From Eledone cirrhosa (lineage: Eukaryota): a stretch of 64,000 nucleotides of DNA. The position numbers and the translations under genes were made by a program. Positions 59,650-64,000 of this stretch are shown here, in pieces. Within the stretch, counting starts at the first letter, position 1. Each line of letters opens with the position of its first letter. The stretch is taken from positions 183,830,001 to 183,894,000 of the forward strand of contig OZ024740.1 of assembly GCA_964016885.1 (NCBI GenBank), given 5' to 3'. A model generated the notes under the pieces. The model saw only the letters and a list, made by a program, of their open reading frames with translations, searched no databases and was not told where the DNA came from.

Positions 59650-62600
59650 ATTATTTGAATTGAAAACAATTAAGAGGGGGGATGTATTTGCGTACCTTTG
59701 GGTTCTATATTCAGAATCCATAAAGTTTTGCTTTGTTATTATTTCAGAAACATGGTGTGGCCTCGTACTTAAGATAGAATCTGGCAATTTTAATTTGAAT
59801 GCAATTGTAACGTAAGCCTAAAATACTGTTTAGTATTTCAATACGCTATATACTATATAATATTAAACGGAAAGTGTGAAAAAATTCTGTTACTTCTATT
59901 ATCTATTTTATTGTTTCTATTGTAATTCCTTTTATGTTTAGCTGCTTTCAATTTGTGCATAACTCATAGTTCGTTTAACTTATGGGATGCCGAATAAAAA
60001 TTTGCTAAAAAATAATATTTAGATAACTTGTGAAAAACAAAAATCAGTTTTAAAAAATCGAAAATAGAAGATTGATTTTATTTTTTTAGTAATCATTCAC
60101 AGAAAAATATTTTCAAGATTCAGTATTTCCAAAGATATGGTCAGCCGACATTAAATCGATCAATCAATGACAAACCTAATAAAATAGTGGTACTTGCTCT
60201 TGCTATTGTTTAGATCCCTGTTAGCCTTGACTGAACAATCGGATAATCAGAAACCTCCTGTCATGATCGTTCCATATGTATATATACATAAGACTATAAT
60301 GTCCAATGTGTCCTGTTTTTAATACAGTGTGGCTATTATTTCTCTTGTTTAACATCAAACACATACTGAAATGTATTCAAGCCATAACCATTACGTTTTA
60401 TATTTCTGCCAGTACATGTTCATTACTTTTTAAATAATTGTGTGTGATTTCAAAGAGAAACAGTAAGGTATGTATCGACCACGTTTTGGCTAATCATGTT
60501 AACAGTTCCAGAAAGACCAGAGTTAATTATCACGTTTATAGAATCCCTAAAACTGGAAAGGTCAATGCAGATCATTTTCAGGTTGATGGTCCATAAGCAG
60601 ATGACGAGAAAAATAAATGTGGGTATAAATTACGATACGGCAACTGACATTCTGGTGAGTAATGGGTAGTGAATCTATTAATTGCTGTATTTAAAGGCGA
60701 TGACAGTAGGAATCTCAATAAAATATGTTGATAGATCGAGTGTTATTCGGTGAAGGAGGTATGCAGTTTCGTTGTACATAGAAACATAAACCATTATATA
60801 AGTGATAGAAGAAATACAGAGTAAAAAGTGCATCTCTGTGCCAAGTGACATTTGCATACTGCAATTTGTGGCGTGGCAATAATGCAAACCAGAGGCCATG
60901 GATTTACTTGACGCATGAATTGAGTTGATTATCAACTGATCAGTCGTAAGGGGTTTGATATACACATAAAAATGTGGATAGAAGTAATAGTGAAAATATT
61001 ATTTATGTACAGAAAACGTTTATAGGAAACGTAACTGAATTCTGACATAGGTCAGTGTTTAGTAAAACTTATTTAATGCGATAGAACAGTCTAATTAGTA
61101 TCTCAGGATTCAAGATAAGATTTGAGTGATAATATAGTTCAAAAATAATCCTATAAGGGGTGTTCATAAGGGAAGAATTTGCGGATCTCAAACCCCACAA
61201 ACAATAACACTTATGCCAACGTTCTATAAGAAGAGAGACCGCATGTTTCTGAGGTAGTTTAGGTAAAATTCGAGAACGGGAAGATCAAAAGAGATGAAGA
61301 AGTGGGTTATTTACGAAAGTGTACCTTTATTCTGAGAAGGCGATAAGTTAGTAATTGGCAGAATCAGAGATTGGTTTTCGTGAGAATGAGATATATATCG
61401 CCTATGTTCTTAGAGTGGGTAGATCTAAACACAAAGATGTTGGTGATATTATAAGATGGATGGAAGGAACACCCTCTCAACCATTCAGGTTAGTAGATTT
61501 GTGTGACTTGAACATCTTTCTGGTATTATGACTGAGATAGTATCAGAAATTGAAACAATGTCTTCTTGGTCCACTTTGATGAGTTCCACTGTACTCGGTT
61601 AGCATATGAGGTCTGGGATCTTGTCGATCGATTCCCCTCATAAACATTTCAAAATATTGTCTCTCTATGATTTCTCTATAAGATTCCATACATATCTTAA
61701 CTAGAGGAACTTCGTCTTCCTCTATTTTGTTTCTGCTAAACATGGCAACATTTTCGAAATAGGGAAAACAGTGTAACAGAAAAGAACTTTACTCGCATCA
61801 TAATAAATCCGCAACATGTGTAAAATCTCCCACTCTGCGATTATAGTGTCAAATGTAATAGCCTATATTTTTTTCTCGTTTTGTTTACCCTATAAATTAA
61901 TGACCTCTTCCTAATCTCTGCTAAATTTATGAAAGAAATAGAAGAAAAAAAAACATATAAACGGAAAGGGTACAAATATTTCAGTATCTTTAGAATTATA
62001 ACGATAAGTGTATCATGAAACTAATTCGCATTATAAATGATTTTTTTTTTATTATTACCATTTGTTACTTTTATACAAAGCCAAACTATGGGGGGGAACT
62101 AATGTAATAATATTCTGTGCCAAGAAAATAAAAGTCTTTATCAAAGAAAGATCTCAGCTTGATGTCAAATTGTAAGAATAAACATCAATGCGATGGAAAT
62201 TTTCCAATGAATCATTGTCTTAGATATCAGTTTAACGTTTGGCATGCCATCATGAAAGCTGCTAGCAATTTGAACGTCTCTAAAATTTAAAATTGTAGAG
62301 CCGAAAATATTAACATTTAAATAAACCTGTTGTTTCTTACATAAAGTCGGCTTAGTCTCTGAAGTTTTCTTTCTTTCATATTGCAGCAGTTTACCATAAA
62401 TATCATGAAACGTTTTCTCCTAGTTTTTCTGCAGTTTACGATAAACGAACCGTACGATAAAATAAAACAGGTACAATATATTAAATCCTCTATTTTCCAT
62501 TTATTAATAGAGACAAAAAAGAATATTTTCTTATTTCCGATCCGTTTATTTGCCTTTTCTCATAATTGAAATCTGACCAAATGCTTTTTGCCTTGAATAA

Positions 62601-64000
62601 AATATATTATACTTTCTATCCATGTATATATTATATATACATATATATATATATATATACAAACATGTACATACATGTGCAGAGAGAGAGGGGGAAAAGA
62701 AAGAGAGAGAAAGAGATCGATTGCAGAACCAGCAGCAATGATAGCGGTCACGCCTCTTGTCACGCCTCCTGCTGCACACTCGACGTGGAGAAAAATAACT
62801 CGACTCATCCCCAGAAGTATATGTTAATGGCTTACGATTCCGTCTTACGATTGCAAATTTTAGTGCCACCATTTCTTCCTGTGAGAAAGAGAGGAAAGTA
62901 AACGATGGAGTAGAGTGGCAGAATATCGTAGATGAATAAAAGGAAGAAAACAGAAGCGAATTGTTGATTGAAAACAAAAGGTGTGCACCATATATGGGAC
63001 AAAATGGCACTGATATTTGAATTGGGTGCTCGGAAATCTAAAATCAATCTCAATGTAATCTATGAGTAAAAGGAATTCCGTCACAGTTTATGAGACATGA
63101 AAATGAGGGGATGAGACCAGGACATTGTAAAACAATAGAACACGTTTTCTTTGGCCTTGTCCAACGCAAAACATCTCACGGGTACCTTCGGATACACTTA
63201 CTGCCAATATGAAGAGGGTTTGCTCTGACCAAACCGAGATAAAGAGAATCTCAATGGTGTTTGGGTATGTTGCCCTTATTTTGAATTAGTATTTATTCAT
63301 TTACATATATTTGTATATTTATATTTGTCTATATATTTTCTGTTAATAAAATGTTCAGAATATTTATATGATGTATAGGACTTTTCATTTTTCCTCCCTT
63401 TTTCTATGAACTTGTGCCCCACCTACAAGATTTCTAAAACAAATGTAAACACGCATATGGATTGTATATATGAAATATACTTAGTGGCAATAATAAAGAA
63501 ATTATTACCATTACTATTATTGTAGATAGGAGGTGGAAAATTGGTGGTCAAGGTGACTGACGCTTTTTATGAGCTTTCTCTACGAGTGACCCTAAGAGGT
63601 CTCCCGCCCTATTGGGAAGTTTCTTTTGTTACTTCCTTTGTTATGGTTTTTTTTCTTTACACAAAGAAATGCCCATTTGTACAGCCCTGTATCATCTTGG
63701 GCTGTCTGCAATGTTATACTTTATGTCAACCCTTGTGGTTAAAACCGAAAGCATTATTATTATTATTATTGGTCTAAGCGGACGTATTTTGCTCGCTCAG
63801 AGTAAGTCGCTTTATTTGCCTGTTAAAATTATTTGTTGTTAAATATTTCTTGTTGTGTAAGGGATATAAGCCCTTAGACTTTGCCCCGTGAAGGGTAAAG
63901 TATAATATTTGGGCCTTTTGGCCCAAATAGTTGAACTTTTTTTTTACATGTTAAAACATTTACGAAGAAAAAAAAACATGGCTGAGCCACGCACACAGCG

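Overview
AT-rich animal (invertebrate) genomic DNA, most likely octopus/cephalopod. That is an inference from the tRNA-derived SINE family and the extreme (TA)n/(CA)n load. I found no host protein-coding gene I can support; almost all short ORFs are microsatellite artefacts. The window is a dense transposon landscape: (1) an essentially intact Penelope-like element (PLE, Naiad-type RT + GIY-YIG, 6256-10633) with a hammerhead ribozyme (HHR) in each pLTR; (2) three 5'-truncated Neptune-type PLE copies, one carrying a 14-unit tandem array with higher-order structure; (3) a full-length Gypsy LTR element (27574-34125; TSD AGTA; tRNA-Trp PBS) with a nested non-autonomous Helitron; (4) CR1/L2, RTE, Tx1/L1 and R4-like LINE fragments, SINEs and a MITE. 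The most striking signal is a set of at least seven sequence-unrelated non-coding elements, most sitting in (TA)n tracts, each with a type-I hammerhead fold. They include two retrozyme-like tandem arrays (467-nt and 595-nt monomers, the latter with a U3-A8 core variant). Several share the same tail-out inverted geometry as the autonomous PLE, suggesting a (TA)n-targeting PLE/ribozyme-satellite system.
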